Source: an uncultured Nitrososphaerota archaeon (GTDB lineage Archaea; Asgardarchaeota; Njordarchaeia; Njordarchaeales; Njordarchaeaceae). Taken from it: a DNA stretch of 64,000 nt. The DNA lies in assembly GCA_964518475.1 (NCBI GenBank), contig CAZFGR010000002.1, positions 43,699-107,698 of the forward strand. Reading direction: 5' to 3'. The position numbers and the translations under genes are program-made. Of this stretch, positions 1-10,586 are shown in pieces; position 1 is the stretch's first letter, and every line of letters begins with the position of its first letter. The notes under the pieces are model-generated. The model searched no databases. It was given only the letters and a program-made list of their open reading frames with translations, and was not told where the DNA came from.

Positions 1-309
1 CTCGGTATCTTGAAAGAGGAGGAATTAGCGGAGATAAAGAGAATAACAAGGAAGATAAATGATATTCTGAAAAGTTTTCTCAGTCAAGTAGGGATTATTT
101 TAGTAGATTTTAAGGTTGAGTACGGGAAAAATTCTGAAAAAGAACTTGTTCTCGGTGACGAACTTACAGGAGACACCATGAGACTTTGGGATGCTAAAAC
201 AGGAGCGATTCTAGACAAGGATCTTTACCGCCAAGGAAAGCCACTCACGGAGGTTCTTCGAGCATATCAAGAATGTTATCGCAGGATAGTTCTAGGGGAG
301 GTGTCCTAG
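1..309 (+). CDS. purC: SAICAR synthetase, C-terminal part (5' end outside window)
   Basis: ILVDFKVEYG...GDELTGDTMRLWD...LDKDLYR motifs; first gene of the pur cluster. Confidence 0.95.
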   Translation, partial: LGILKEEELAEIKRITRKINDILKSFLSQVGIILVDFKVEYGKNSEKELVLGDELTGDTMRLWDAKTGAILDKDLYRQGKPLTEVLRAYQECYRRIVLGEVS

Positions 310-311
310 AT

Positions 312-578
312 ATGCCTATTTATAAAGTAGAGGTGCTGATCACGAATAAACCTCTGGCAAAGGATCCAGAGGGGGAAACAATACACAGAGACTTGTTATT
401 GAGGTCGGGTTTTTCCTGTGTTAAGAAGGTTAGAGTAGGCAAGCTCTTGATGATGGATATCGAGGCCGGTAGTGAGGAAGAGGCTAAAGAAAAAGCTTTC
501 AAGGCATGCAACGATCTCCGCATCTATAACCCAGTAGCCCACACGTATAGGATAGAGATAAGGGGCGTTGAACAATGA
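312..578 (+). CDS. purS: FGAM synthase subunit PurS
   Basis: KDPEGETI and IYNPV motifs; ATG at 312 after GGGGAGG; overlaps purQ start. Confidence 0.93.
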   Translation: MPIYKVEVLITNKPLAKDPEGETIHRDLLLRSGFSCVKKVRVGKLLMMDIEAGSEEEAKEKAFKACNDLRIYNPVAHTYRIEIRGVEQ

Positions 579-1291
579 ATTTACGCGTAGCAGTCCTAAA
601 ATTCCCTGGATCAAACTGCGACCTAGACGTTGTCCACGTGCTCAGAAATGTTATCGGTATTCACGCCGAGCTAGTTTGGCATAAAGAATTTACCTCCAAT
701 GATTGGGATGCCGTTATTCTACCTGGTGGGTTTTCTTATGGGGATTACTTAAGAGCAGGGATAATCGCTGCTCATAGTCCAGCAATGAAACATGTAAAGG
801 AGATGGCTAAGGAAGGAAAACCCGTTTTAGGAATATGTAATGGTTTTCAGATACTGGTAGAAGCTGGACTGTTACCAGGTTCTCTTCTCCCTAACAATAC
901 GCTCACTTTCATATGTAAATGGGTCAATATCCGCACCGAAACAAATAGAACCGCCTTTACTCGAAAGATTAAGCCTGGGACAGTTCTCAAGATCCCGATA
1001 GCTCATAAGGAAGGAAGGTACTATATTGATGAGAAGGAGTTGCGAGAGCTTGAAGAGAATGACCAGATAGTATTCCGATACTGTGATGAGAACGGTAATC
1101 TCTCCGAGGATGCGAATCCGAACGGTTCTATAGGGAATATTGCGGGTGTAACAAACCTCGAAGGAAACGTCGTTGGTTTGATGCCTCATCCAGAAAGAGC
1201 TTCTGAGAAAATACTTAGTCCGTACGGAACAGAGGATGGGAAATTACTCTTTCTCTCAATGGTAGAGACCCTCAGGAGGGGTGCTTTATGA
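575..1291 (+). CDS. purQ: FGAM synthase glutaminase subunit PurQ
   Basis: FPGSNCD, PGGFSYGDYLRAG, GICNGFQ, MPHPER. Confidence 0.97.
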   Translation: MNLRVAVLKFPGSNCDLDVVHVLRNVIGIHAELVWHKEFTSNDWDAVILPGGFSYGDYLRAGIIAAHSPAMKHVKEMAKEGKPVLGICNGFQILVEAGLLPGSLLPNNTLTFICKWVNIRTETNRTAFTRKIKPGTVLKIPIAHKEGRYYIDEKELRELEENDQIVFRYCDENGNLSEDANPNGSIGNIAGVTNLEGNVVGLMPHPERASEKILSPYGTEDGKLLFLSMVETLRRGAL

Positions 1292-3498
1292 TCCCAGAAT
1301 ATGTCAGCTTGACAGAGGAGGAAGTAAGGCTTATCAGGGAGAAACTTGGTAGGGAACCTAATCTCGTGGAATGGGGAATGTTTGATGTTATGTGGAGCGA
1401 GCATATCTCTTACAAATCCTCGAAACCTCTCATAAAACTATTACCGACAAAAGCTGATTACGTTATAGTAGGCCCTGGCCAAGACGCTGGCGTGATCGAT
1501 ATTGGTGATGGATACGCAATAGTTCTCAAGATAGAGTCTCATAACCACCCATCCGCTATTGATCCATATAACGGTGCAGCTACTGGGGTTGGTGGAATCA
1601 TCAGGGATATACTGGCCATGGGTGGGAAACCAATAGCTCTTCTAGACTCTCTCAGGTTCGGTCCTCCAACAGATCCTCACTGTGTATGGCTTCTGAAAAA
1701 TGTTGTTCGTGGGATAGCTGATTATGGAAACTGTATAGGTGTACCCACGGTAGCGGGAGAAGTAGAGTTTGATGAGAGTTTTAGAGTGAACTGTCTCGTA
1801 AATGTTGGTTGTGTAGGTTTAGCGAGAAAAGATCATATAATCCCGAGTAGGTTCATTGATGAGGGAGACTTAATAATAGTGGTTGGTGGATCAACTGGAA
1901 GAGATGGAATAAGAGGAGCTAGTTTTGCATCAAAAACGCTCGGACCAGAATCTGAAAGCGATAGACCAGCTGTTCAGGTAGGAGATCCATTCACAGAAAA
2001 ACTGCTTATAGATGCGATGGTGGAGGCTATTGAGAAGGGATATATCAAGGCAGCAAAGGATCTTGGTGGAGGAGGACTAACATGCGCAGTAACCGAGATG
2101 GCCGCTGATGGTGATAAAGGTGTCGAGATCGAGATCTCTAATCTCCATCTCAGAGAGGAAGGTATGACTCCCTATGAAATAATGCTTAGTGAGTCCCAGG
2201 AAAGGATGCTTATCTCTATTCATCCAAAGAACCTTGAGAATGTGAAAAGGATCTTTGAGAAATACGATTTACCCTACGCTATTCTGGGTAAAGTAACGAA
2301 TACGGGAAGAGTAATTGTGAAGTTTCATGGTGAAGTCGTGGCTGATCTCCCAGCAAAACTAGTGGCAAAAGCGCCAGTTATTGAGAGAAAAGCTAGAAAA
2401 CCAGAATATATAGATGAGTTGAGGAAGATAGAAAAACCGGAACAACCAGATGATCTATCAGATACTATTCTCCGACTCCTCTCGTCTCCCAATATAGCTT
2501 CTAAGGCCTGGGTATACACGCAATACGATCACGAAGTAGGTGTTAGAACCGTAGTTAAGCCGGGTCAAGGAGATGCTGCGGTTTTGAGGATTCATGAAAT
2601 TGAAAAAGCTGTAGGAATTACAATAGATGGTAATTCTAAACATACTTATCTTGATCCATATAATGGAGCCGCTGGCTCTCTAGCTGAGGCTTGTAGAAAC
2701 TTGGTTGCTGTTGGGGCTAAGCCTTTAGCATTTGTGGATGAAGCCAATTTTGGAAATCCTGAAAAACCAGAAATCTTCTGGCAATTCTCTCAAGCATTCC
2801 ATGGCTTATCCATGATGGCTAAGGGACTAAACATTCCCTGCGTAGGAGGAAAAGTAAGCTTCTATAACGAGGACGAGACCACGGGAACCAGTGTTAAACC
2901 CACCATGGTAATCGCAGCTGTTGGAATAATCGAAACCTATAACTGGATAAGAACAATGGATCTTAAAGAGCCGGGAAATCTCATAGGAATTGTTGGAGTA
3001 ACAAAGGGAGATATGGGTGGCTCTGAGTATTACTATTGGATACACAAGATTGTTGGTGGGGAACCGCCTAAAGCTGATCCGTATCTAGAGAAGTCCTCGA
3101 TGAACTTCGTTCTAGAAGGCATTAAGAGAGGATATATTGTATCTGCCCACGATATCTCGCATGGAGGATTCGCTACAGCGATCTGCGAAATGGCTGTAAA
3201 AGGAAATAAGGGAGTTATCATAGACTTAGAAAAGATTCCTCACGAGAAAGGATTGAGACTCGATGAAATATTGTTCTCCGAGAGCTATGCAAGATTCCTT
3301 GTAGAGATTAGACGAGATTCTGTCAAAGATCTCATTAAACTAGCTCGTGAAAAATCCGCCATCTTTGGATTAATAGGTAGAGTCACAAGTGAAAAGAATG
3401 TAGTAATGCATTACGGAGAGAAAAAGATCGTTCTAAACCTAAGAGATGCTAGAGACTCTCTAGAGAATGGTTTAAAGAAGCATCTGAGAGGTGTTTAG
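1288..3498 (+). CDS. purL: FGAM synthase subunit PurL (small type)
   Basis: MWSEH, ESHNHPSA, GRDGIRGASFAS, SESQERM, YDHEVG. Confidence 0.97.
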   Translation: MIPEYVSLTEEEVRLIREKLGREPNLVEWGMFDVMWSEHISYKSSKPLIKLLPTKADYVIVGPGQDAGVIDIGDGYAIVLKIESHNHPSAIDPYNGAATGVGGIIRDILAMGGKPIALLDSLRFGPPTDPHCVWLLKNVVRGIADYGNCIGVPTVAGEVEFDESFRVNCLVNVGCVGLARKDHIIPSRFIDEGDLIIVVGGSTGRDGIRGASFASKTLGPESESDRPAVQVGDPFTEKLLIDAMVEAIEKGYIKAAKDLGGGGLTCAVTEMAADGDKGVEIEISNLHLREEGMTPYEIMLSESQERMLISIHPKNLENVKRIFEKYDLPYAILGKVTNTGRVIVKFHGEVVADLPAKLVAKAPVIERKARKPEYIDELRKIEKPEQPDDLSDTILRLLSSPNIASKAWVYTQYDHEVGVRTVVKPGQGDAAVLRIHEIEKAVGITIDGNSKHTYLDPYNGAAGSLAEACRNLVAVGAKPLAFVDEANFGNPEKPEIFWQFSQAFHGLSMMAKGLNIPCVGGKVSFYNEDETTGTSVKPTMVIAAVGIIETYNWIRTMDLKEPGNLIGIVGVTKGDMGGSEYYYWIHKIVGGEPPKADPYLEKSSMNFVLEGIKRGYIVSAHDISHGGFATAICEMAVKGNKGVIIDLEKIPHEKGLRLDEILFSESYARFLVEIRRDSVKDLIKLAREKSAIFGLIGRVTSEKNVVMHYGEKKIVLNLRDARDSLENGLKKHLRGV

Positions 3499-3500
3499 TC

Positions 3501-4913
3501 TTGCTCAAGGAGAAATGTGGAGTCATAGCTATTTTTGACCATTCTGGTAAGAATGTTGCTAAGGATCTCTACGAGGGATTAATTGCGCTTCAGCATAGAG
3601 GACAAGAGAGTGCTGGGGTCGCAACCTCTAACGGGGAATCTATAGCCTTTGTTAAAGGCCTAGGACTGGTGACAGAAGCTATCAAGATTTACCAATTGGA
3701 TTATCTGAATGGTTTTGCAGGAATAGGTCACGTTCGTTACAGCACAACTGGTGAAATCTCTATTAGGGATACTCAACCGCTAATATATTATATTAATGAA
3801 GAAATATATTTTGCTATAGCGTTTAATGGAACAATTTCTAATTATTACAAACTTAAAAAGAAGCTATCCAAGAATGGTTTTGAGTTCTATACCGATACAG
3901 ATACAGAAGTTCTAGCCGCACTAATTTCGTATTATTGGCGTGAGACTAGGGATTTCTTCGAAGCCTTGAAAGAGTCAGTGAAGAGTATTGAGGGAGCTTA
4001 TTCATTAGTATTGCTGACTAATAATGGTGAATTATACGCTATGCGTGATCCTCTCGGTTTTAAACCACTGGTTCTTGGAGAGAAAAACGAGAGATTAATT
4101 ATAGCTTCTGAAAGCGCGGCTGTAGAGAGTATTAAGGGTCGTTTTCTCAGAGATGTTGAGCCGGGAGAGATCATAAGCATCTCCGACGGTACTGTTACAA
4201 GGAAAGTTGTTATAAGAAGAGACAAGAGAGCCCATTGCATGTTCGAGTATGTTTATTTTTCCCGCCCAGACTCCGTTATCAATGGTCGATTGGTATATGA
4301 TGTCAGGTTTAAACTCGGAGAAACTTTGGCCAGACTCTACCCAGTTGACGCTGATATAATAGTTCCCGTACCAGACACCGGAGTAATAGCTGCTCTAGGA
4401 TACTCAAAAGTTTCCGGTATCCCCGTGGCGATGGGGCTTATCAGGAATCCGTACGTGGGTAGGACATTCATAAAGCCGAAGCAGAATCTACGAGAGCTAT
4501 CTGTGCAGTTAAAGCTAGGGGCCGTTAAAGATGTTGTCGCTGGAAAAAGCATTGTTTTGATCGATGATAGTATTGTACGGGGAACCACTATTAAATGGAT
4601 TATAAAGTTGTTAAGAAGTGCTGGGGCTCGGGAAATCCATGTAAGGATTACGTGTCCTCCAATAAGATACCCCTGCTACATGGGTATAGATTTCCCTATG
4701 AGGAGGGAACTCATCGCCGCTAATCATAGTGTAGATGAGATTAGAGAAATTATTGGTGCTGATTCTCTTGGTTACATGACTATTGAAGGGCTTGTCAAAG
4801 CTATTGGGTTAGGTGAGAATAGGTTATGTCTAGCCTGTCTCACTGGGAAGTACCCTATTAAGGGGATCCAAATCCCCATTCTAGAAAAAGTTTTTGGGAG
4901 GGAACAGATATGA
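3501..4913 (+). CDS. purF: Amidophosphoribosyltransferase (catalytic Cys after short propeptide; Fe-S type)
   Basis: KEKCGV, QHRGQESAG, GHVRYST, DDSIVRGTT, PCYMGID, CLAC. Confidence 0.96.
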   Translation: MLKEKCGVIAIFDHSGKNVAKDLYEGLIALQHRGQESAGVATSNGESIAFVKGLGLVTEAIKIYQLDYLNGFAGIGHVRYSTTGEISIRDTQPLIYYINEEIYFAIAFNGTISNYYKLKKKLSKNGFEFYTDTDTEVLAALISYYWRETRDFFEALKESVKSIEGAYSLVLLTNNGELYAMRDPLGFKPLVLGEKNERLIIASESAAVESIKGRFLRDVEPGEIISISDGTVTRKVVIRRDKRAHCMFEYVYFSRPDSVINGRLVYDVRFKLGETLARLYPVDADIIVPVPDTGVIAALGYSKVSGIPVAMGLIRNPYVGRTFIKPKQNLRELSVQLKLGAVKDVVAGKSIVLIDDSIVRGTTIKWIIKLLRSAGAREIHVRITCPPIRYPCYMGIDFPMRRELIAANHSVDEIREIIGADSLGYMTIEGLVKAIGLGENRLCLACLTGKYPIKGIQIPILEKVFGREQI

Positions 4914-6223
4914 GCGGTTTGATAGGTATTTTCGCCTTCGACGAATTATGGAACGTGTCCCGTATACTTTATTATGGCCTACTCGGCCTACAACATAGGG
5001 GACAAGAAAACGCTGGAATAGCCACCTCGAATGGAGAGACTATCCAAGTATTTAAGGGAGAAGGATTAGTTGAGCAAGTATTTCGCGAAAAGATCCTTAT
5101 GGAACTGCGTGGATGGTACGGTATTGGAGCTGTCAGTGCTGATCCTAACGATAAACAACCAGTAATGGTAAGTGATGATTCCAAGCAAGTAGCTCTTGTA
5201 TTTTCCGGAAAAATATTGAATAAACAAGAACTAGCGGCGAAGTATAATGTTAATACAGAGCTTATTGATGCTGATTTCGTAGCTACATGTCTACTTAAAG
5301 AGTATAGTGAGACCAGAGATTTCTACGAGGCTGGATTGAACCTAGTTAAAAATCTGAGAGGAATAAGCAATATCATCGCGATTAATAATGCGGGCGAGAT
5401 GATAGTTTATAGGGATGAATTCGGCCTGAAGCCTCTCGTAGTAGGTAGTTTTGGGTTTGATTACGGAGCTTTCGCATCCGAGAGCTGTGCCATAGACGTT
5501 ATTGGTGCTGACCTGAAAGGTGATGTTCATCCTGGGGAATTCTATTACCTCAACCAATACACTGTAGAAAGAAAACAAGTTAAGGAGCCTCGTCCAAAGT
5601 ATTGTGCTTACGAATATGTATACTTAGCGAGACCCGATTCAAGGATAAACGGTGTTTGGATCTATGATGTCCGGAGAAAAATTGGTGAGATTCTTGCTGA
5701 GAAGTATAGAGTAGATGCTGATGTGGTTGTGGGGATTCCAGATACAGCTATACCATTCTCGATGGCGTATGCCAATAAGACGAATACCCCTGTTGAACTC
5801 GGTTTTATATCAACTGGTAGGAAGATTAGGACGGCTATAAAGCCTAACCAATTCGAGAGATTAATCGGTGTACAATTGAAGCTTAATCCTATAAAACCAG
5901 TTTTCAGGAATAAGAGAGTTCTGATTATAGATGATAGCGTTGTTAGGGGCACGACTACAAAGAATACTGTTTCACTTCTAAGGAATAGGATAGGTGCGAA
6001 GGAAGTTCATATCCGGGTCGGAAGCCCTAGGATAGTGAGCGGATGTCCCTACGGGGTAGAGATTCCACCAGAGGATGAGTTAATAGCTGCTCATTTGAGT
6101 GAAGAAGAAGTAGCTACTGTGGTTGGTGCTGATTCTTTCTGCTGGATAACGAATGATGATTTGGTTAAGGCAATTGGTTTGAGAAAAGAGAATATCTGTT
6201 TGAAATGTTTTGGAGGTGAATAA
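4910..6223 (+). CDS. purF: Second PurF-like protein lacking the N-terminal catalytic Cys
   Basis: QHRGQENAG, DDSVVRGTT and CLKC retained; begins MSGLIG; no GHVRYST. Confidence 0.88.
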   Translation: MSGLIGIFAFDELWNVSRILYYGLLGLQHRGQENAGIATSNGETIQVFKGEGLVEQVFREKILMELRGWYGIGAVSADPNDKQPVMVSDDSKQVALVFSGKILNKQELAAKYNVNTELIDADFVATCLLKEYSETRDFYEAGLNLVKNLRGISNIIAINNAGEMIVYRDEFGLKPLVVGSFGFDYGAFASESCAIDVIGADLKGDVHPGEFYYLNQYTVERKQVKEPRPKYCAYEYVYLARPDSRINGVWIYDVRRKIGEILAEKYRVDADVVVGIPDTAIPFSMAYANKTNTPVELGFISTGRKIRTAIKPNQFERLIGVQLKLNPIKPVFRNKRVLIIDDSVVRGTTTKNTVSLLRNRIGAKEVHIRVGSPRIVSGCPYGVEIPPEDELIAAHLSEEEVATVVGADSFCWITNDDLVKAIGLRKENICLKCFGGE

Positions 6224-6226
6224 GTC

Positions 6227-7702
6227 GTGAAAGTCTTGATCGTGGGTGGAGGATCTCGAGAACATGCCATAACGGATGCATTTTATAGAAGCACTCATGA
6301 TCCAAGGATCTACGCAATCTCCAGCAACGCCAATCCAGGAATCCTAAGAATATGTAAAGAAACTGGAGGAGAACTAATAAAAGGAAAAATAACAGACCCT
6401 GTATTCGTTGCTGACACCGCAGAAAGAATAGGTGCTGATCTAGTCTTTATCGGTCCCGAAGAGCCCTTATTCCATGGAGTACCAGACAAACTAGAAAATC
6501 GGGGGATACCAGTTATCGGTTTAAATAGTAAGGCTAGTGAGATAGAGAAGTCCAAAGCCTTTATGAGACAATTAATGTGGAAGTACAAGATCCCCGGAAG
6601 ACTAAGATTTAAGGCCTTCAAATCCATCGAAGATGCACTCGCATATATAGAGGAGTATGCTGAAAGCGTAGCTATTAAACCAGCTAGACAAGCTGGTGGA
6701 AAAGGAGTTAAGGTAATAGCGGATATCCAAGCCTATCTCCGAAAAGTCAAGGAGGAGATAAAGAAGAAACATACGGAGAGAATATTTTCCAGTATAATGG
6801 CTAAGTACAGGGATATAGAGGATAAAATCCTAATAGAGGAGAAAGTGGAGGGGCCAGAGTATACAATACAATGCATAACAGATGGTGAAACAGTCCTAGC
6901 ATTCCCACCAGTTCAGGATAATAAGCACGCCTTTGAGATGGAGATGGGGCCCGAGACTGGTGGAATGGGTTCTATTTCTGGTCGCGGAAACATGCTCCCA
7001 TTCCTGACTAAGGAGGAGTATAGGGAATCTATAAAGATAATAGAGAGTGTCGTTAAGGCTCTTAGGAAAGAGATTGGTCAGGAGTTTAGAGGCGTGATCT
7101 CTGGGCAAATGATGCTTACAATGGTGTGGGGGCCAACAATAATAGAGTTCTATGCGCGTTTCGGAGATCCTGAGGGCGTGAATGTTCTCCCATTACTAGA
7201 AACTGATATGATTGATATCTGTGAAGCTATTCTGAGTAAGAAGCTCCACAAAATCAAACTACGGTTTAGGGATAGGGCGACAGTGGTTAAGGCGATAGCT
7301 CCTAGAGGGTATCCAAATAGGAGAGATCTAGCTAGGAATCATCCATTGATTGTTGATGAGGATAAAATAGGGAAGCTTGGTGGACGAGTCTTTTATGGTT
7401 CCGTAGATCTTGTCAATGGTAAAATGCTGACTGGTGGATCTAGGGCTGTGGAAATTTATGCTGAGGGCGAATCTATCGAAGAGGCTGCTGAAATAGCTGA
7501 GAAGTGCGTAGCTTTCGTGCGAACCGAGGATGGTTGGGGATTATTCCACCGAAGCGATATCGGATCCCCCTTCTCTCTTAGGAGAATGATTGAATTGGCC
7601 GAACTTGTTCGTTCTGTTTACACTTATCGTAAATCTCGTGGCATTCTCGGCAAATATATTGATTGGATTCCCGGTCGTGGAAAAATTGTTTATGAATTCT
7701 AG
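6227..7702 (+). CDS. purD: Phosphoribosylamine-glycine ligase with C-terminal extension
   Basis: GGGSREHA, IGPEEPL, GGKGV, GPETGGMGS, RFGDPE. Confidence 0.96.
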   Translation: MKVLIVGGGSREHAITDAFYRSTHDPRIYAISSNANPGILRICKETGGELIKGKITDPVFVADTAERIGADLVFIGPEEPLFHGVPDKLENRGIPVIGLNSKASEIEKSKAFMRQLMWKYKIPGRLRFKAFKSIEDALAYIEEYAESVAIKPARQAGGKGVKVIADIQAYLRKVKEEIKKKHTERIFSSIMAKYRDIEDKILIEEKVEGPEYTIQCITDGETVLAFPPVQDNKHAFEMEMGPETGGMGSISGRGNMLPFLTKEEYRESIKIIESVVKALRKEIGQEFRGVISGQMMLTMVWGPTIIEFYARFGDPEGVNVLPLLETDMIDICEAILSKKLHKIKLRFRDRATVVKAIAPRGYPNRRDLARNHPLIVDEDKIGKLGGRVFYGSVDLVNGKMLTGGSRAVEIYAEGESIEEAAEIAEKCVAFVRTEDGWGLFHRSDIGSPFSLRRMIELAELVRSVYTYRKSRGILGKYIDWIPGRGKIVYEF

Positions 7703-7712
7703 GTGGTGGATT

Positions 7713-9113
7713 ATGAAGAAGAGAGATTTTATCGGCACCCCCCTATTTAGTAATGCTGTTAAAATGTTGTTGCTGGGTGCTGGTGAGCTTGGTAAGGAAA
7801 TAGTTATCGAGGCTCAGAGATTAGGTATTGAGACAATAACTGTAGATAGATATGATAATCCACCAGCTGCTCAAGTCGCTCATAGACACTATACTGTTAA
7901 CATGATGGATGGTAGAGCATTGAAAGCAATAGTTTACAGGGAGAAACCAGATGTGATTGTTCCAGAGATAGAAGCTATAAACACTGACACTCTAGTAGAG
8001 CTTGAGGAAGAAGGATTCATGGTAATACCTAATGCTAGAGCAACAAAGGTAACAATGGATAGGATACTTCTAAGAAAACTAGCGGCTGAACAAGCAAAGG
8101 TTCCAACCTCTAAATACGCATTCGCCACCAATCTCGATGAGCTATATGATGCATGCGAAAAAGTCGGTTACCCATGTCTAGTAAAATCGAGAATGAGCTC
8201 TGGTGGACTTGGCTCAAGTATTGTTTTCTCTGATAAGGATATTCCTAAAGCCTATGAAAAATCCGTTAAGGAAGCTAGGGGTCGCGGAGACGAGGTTATC
8301 GTTGAAAGTATCGTTGATTATGATTTCGAAGTAACAGAGCTTACCCTAGCTCACCTAGACGAGGATGGAAAAGTCAAGATAAGCTTCTGTAAACCAGTTG
8401 CCCACGTTAGAAGCGGTACTCACTACCACGTTAGTTGGCAACCATTCCTAGAGCCAGATCCCGAAAATCCCGAGTATACACTTCCAATCCATGGTTATGG
8501 TAGTGATTTACACCTAAGCGAGGATCCGCCGAAGCATGAGCTCTTGTGGAAATCCTCTTGGAATGGGAAGAGAATACCAATTGAGGTTGCTGAGGAAATC
8601 GAGAGGCAGATCTATGATGTCGCTGGCAAAGTTGTTAAAGAACTATTAAAAACAAGCAATGGAGATCTTCGAGGATTAGGCATCTTTGGATGCGAACTAT
8701 TCGTTAAGATAGGAGATATAGAAAGTGGTGAGAAACCAATCGTGTACTTTAACGAGATATCTCCGAGACCCCATGATACGGGAATGGTAACCCTAGTTAC
8801 TCAAGACTTATCAGAGATGGCTCTTCACGTTAGAGCTATCCTGGGACTACCAATCCCGAGAATCCATCTACACACACCAGGAGCCTCTCACGTCGTACTC
8901 GCCAAGAAAGCTGGTTACTGGGCTCCTGGATATTCTAGAGTATGGGATGCCTTGAGGATACCAGGAGTTCATTTAAGACTGTTTGGTAAACCAGTAACCT
9001 ACTATGAGCGCAGAATGGGTGTTGTTTTAGCCATTGGTAAGAACACGATCGAGGCGAGAGAAAAAGCTATGATAGCCGCACATACCCTAGAAGAAGGGAT
9101 TATCTATGAGTAA
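7713..9113 (+). CDS. purT: Formate-dependent GAR transformylase
   Basis: [45 protein letters not shown]; start moved to ATG 7713 after AGGTGG. Confidence 0.95.
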   Translation: MKKRDFIGTPLFSNAVKMLLLGAGELGKEIVIEAQRLGIETITVDRYDNPPAAQVAHRHYTVNMMDGRALKAIVYREKPDVIVPEIEAINTDTLVELEEEGFMVIPNARATKVTMDRILLRKLAAEQAKVPTSKYAFATNLDELYDACEKVGYPCLVKSRMSSGGLGSSIVFSDKDIPKAYEKSVKEARGRGDEVIVESIVDYDFEVTELTLAHLDEDGKVKISFCKPVAHVRSGTHYHVSWQPFLEPDPENPEYTLPIHGYGSDLHLSEDPPKHELLWKSSWNGKRIPIEVAEEIERQIYDVAGKVVKELLKTSNGDLRGLGIFGCELFVKIGDIESGEKPIVYFNEISPRPHDTGMVTLVTQDLSEMALHVRAILGLPIPRIHLHTPGASHVVLAKKAGYWAPGYSRVWDALRIPGVHLRLFGKPVTYYERRMGVVLAIGKNTIEAREKAMIAAHTLEEGIIYE

Positions 9114-9537
9114 AAGAGATCCATTAGTAGCTGTAATTATGGGTAGTGAAAACGACAGACCGATAGCTGAGAAGGTCGTTAAGATCCTTGAAAAGTACGG
9201 AGTCCCGTACGATGTTAAGGTATTGTCCGCTCATAGAAATCCTAAAGAGCTGGAAGAGTATATCTCCTCTTCTAATGCCCATATTTTTATTGGTATTGCT
9301 GGACTAGCGGCTCATTTGCCCGGGTTCATAGCTAGTAGGACTAAGAGACCAGTGATTGGTGTTCCAGTAAATGTCAAGCTTGGTGGTCTGGATGCTTTAT
9401 TATCTATTGTTCAAATGCCTAAAGGAGTGCCCGTAGCTACTGTTGGGATTGATAATGGAGAGAACGCGGCTTACTTAGCCCTAAGGATTCTCGCTCTTTA
9501 CAATCCAGATATAAGGAAGAAACTGGAGGAGGGATAA
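9106..9537 (+). CDS. purE: AIR carboxylase / N5-CAIR mutase PurE
   Basis: [33 protein letters not shown]. Confidence 0.96.
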   Translation: MSKRDPLVAVIMGSENDRPIAEKVVKILEKYGVPYDVKVLSAHRNPKELEEYISSSNAHIFIGIAGLAAHLPGFIASRTKRPVIGVPVNVKLGGLDALLSIVQMPKGVPVATVGIDNGENAAYLALRILALYNPDIRKKLEEG

Positions 9538-10586
9538 TGGGAGAGGATCAAGGCTGGACCTACGCTAAAGCTGGAGTGGATATTGATAAGGTATCTATCC
9601 TCCAGCGCCACGCTTTTAGAGTAATCGAGGATCTTTTCAAGAAACTTGGTGTTCCGGTACACGGGTTAAGGGGTAGATTCACAACATTTGTTGAAGCCAA
9701 TGGTTTAAGGATCGCTATGCATGTTGATGGAGTTGGCACAAAGGTATTAGTTGCTCAACTCGTTAATAGTTATTGGCAAGTCGGTCAAGACGTCGTGGCT
9801 ATGAATGTTAATGATTTGATAGCGGGTGGAGCTGATCCATTCGCGATAGTTGATTATTTGGCGATGGAGAAACCCGATGAAGAGGTTTTTAAAGGCGTTA
9901 TGGAGGGGTTATCACGTGCGTGTGAAGAGGCTAAAGTTATTTTGATGGGGGGCGAAACAGCTATAATGCCGGATATTATAAAAGGCGCCGTTCCTGGGAA
10001 AGGGTTTGATCTAGTGGCTACTGGATTAGGTCTTGTGAAATGGGATACGGAAACTGGTTCTCCAGGAGATGTTCTGGTTGGTTTTGAGAGCAATGGTATT
10101 CATTCTAACGGATTATCCCTTGCTAGAAAAGTTCTTTTATCCAAGTATAGTGTCCATGATCCATTCCCGTACGATCCAGAAAGAACAATTGGGGAAGAAT
10201 TATTGAGGCCTACGAGAATATACGTTAATCTATGTAGGGAGTTATGGAGAAGAGGAATCGTTAAGAACTTCGCCCATATTACTGGTGGAGCTTTTAGGAA
10301 AATCAAGAGAGTTCTTAGAGAAGATTCTGGAGTACTTATTGATGTGCCAGAACCACCGGCTATTTTCAAACTTATTAAGGAGGAGGGACATATAGCTTGG
10401 GAGGAGATGTATAAAACATTTAACATGGGCGTTGGCATGGTCGCGGTAACTATAAGCGATTATGTGGAAGAAATTATCTCTGTCGCGAAGAAATTCGGTA
10501 TAAATGCTTTTCTCCTAGGTAAGGTTGTTAGTGAGGAAGGAGTAAGGATAAGAATTCCAAGAGTTGGAGAGGTGAGAATCCAATGA
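9537..10586 (+). CDS. purM: AIR synthetase
   Basis: TYAKAGVDI, DGVGTK, GGETA, SNGIHSNG, HITGG, TFNMGVG. Confidence 0.96.
   Translation: MGEDQGWTYAKAGVDIDKVSILQRHAFRVIEDLFKKLGVPVHGLRGRFTTFVEANGLRIAMHVDGVGTKVLVAQLVNSYWQVGQDVVAMNVNDLIAGGADPFAIVDYLAMEKPDEEVFKGVMEGLSRACEEAKVILMGGETAIMPDIIKGAVPGKGFDLVATGLGLVKWDTETGSPGDVLVGFESNGIHSNGLSLARKVLLSKYSVHDPFPYDPERTIGEELLRPTRIYVNLCRELWRRGIVKNFAHITGGAFRKIKRVLREDSGVLIDVPEPPAIFKLIKEEGHIAWEEMYKTFNMGVGMVAVTISDYVEEIISVAKKFGINAFLLGKVVSEEGVRIRIPRVGEVRIQ

Noticed and set aside
7590-7712. Hydrophobic N-terminal extension (apparent signal peptide) on PurT
   Set aside because: It overlaps the purD 3' end; the SD-supported ATG is at 7713
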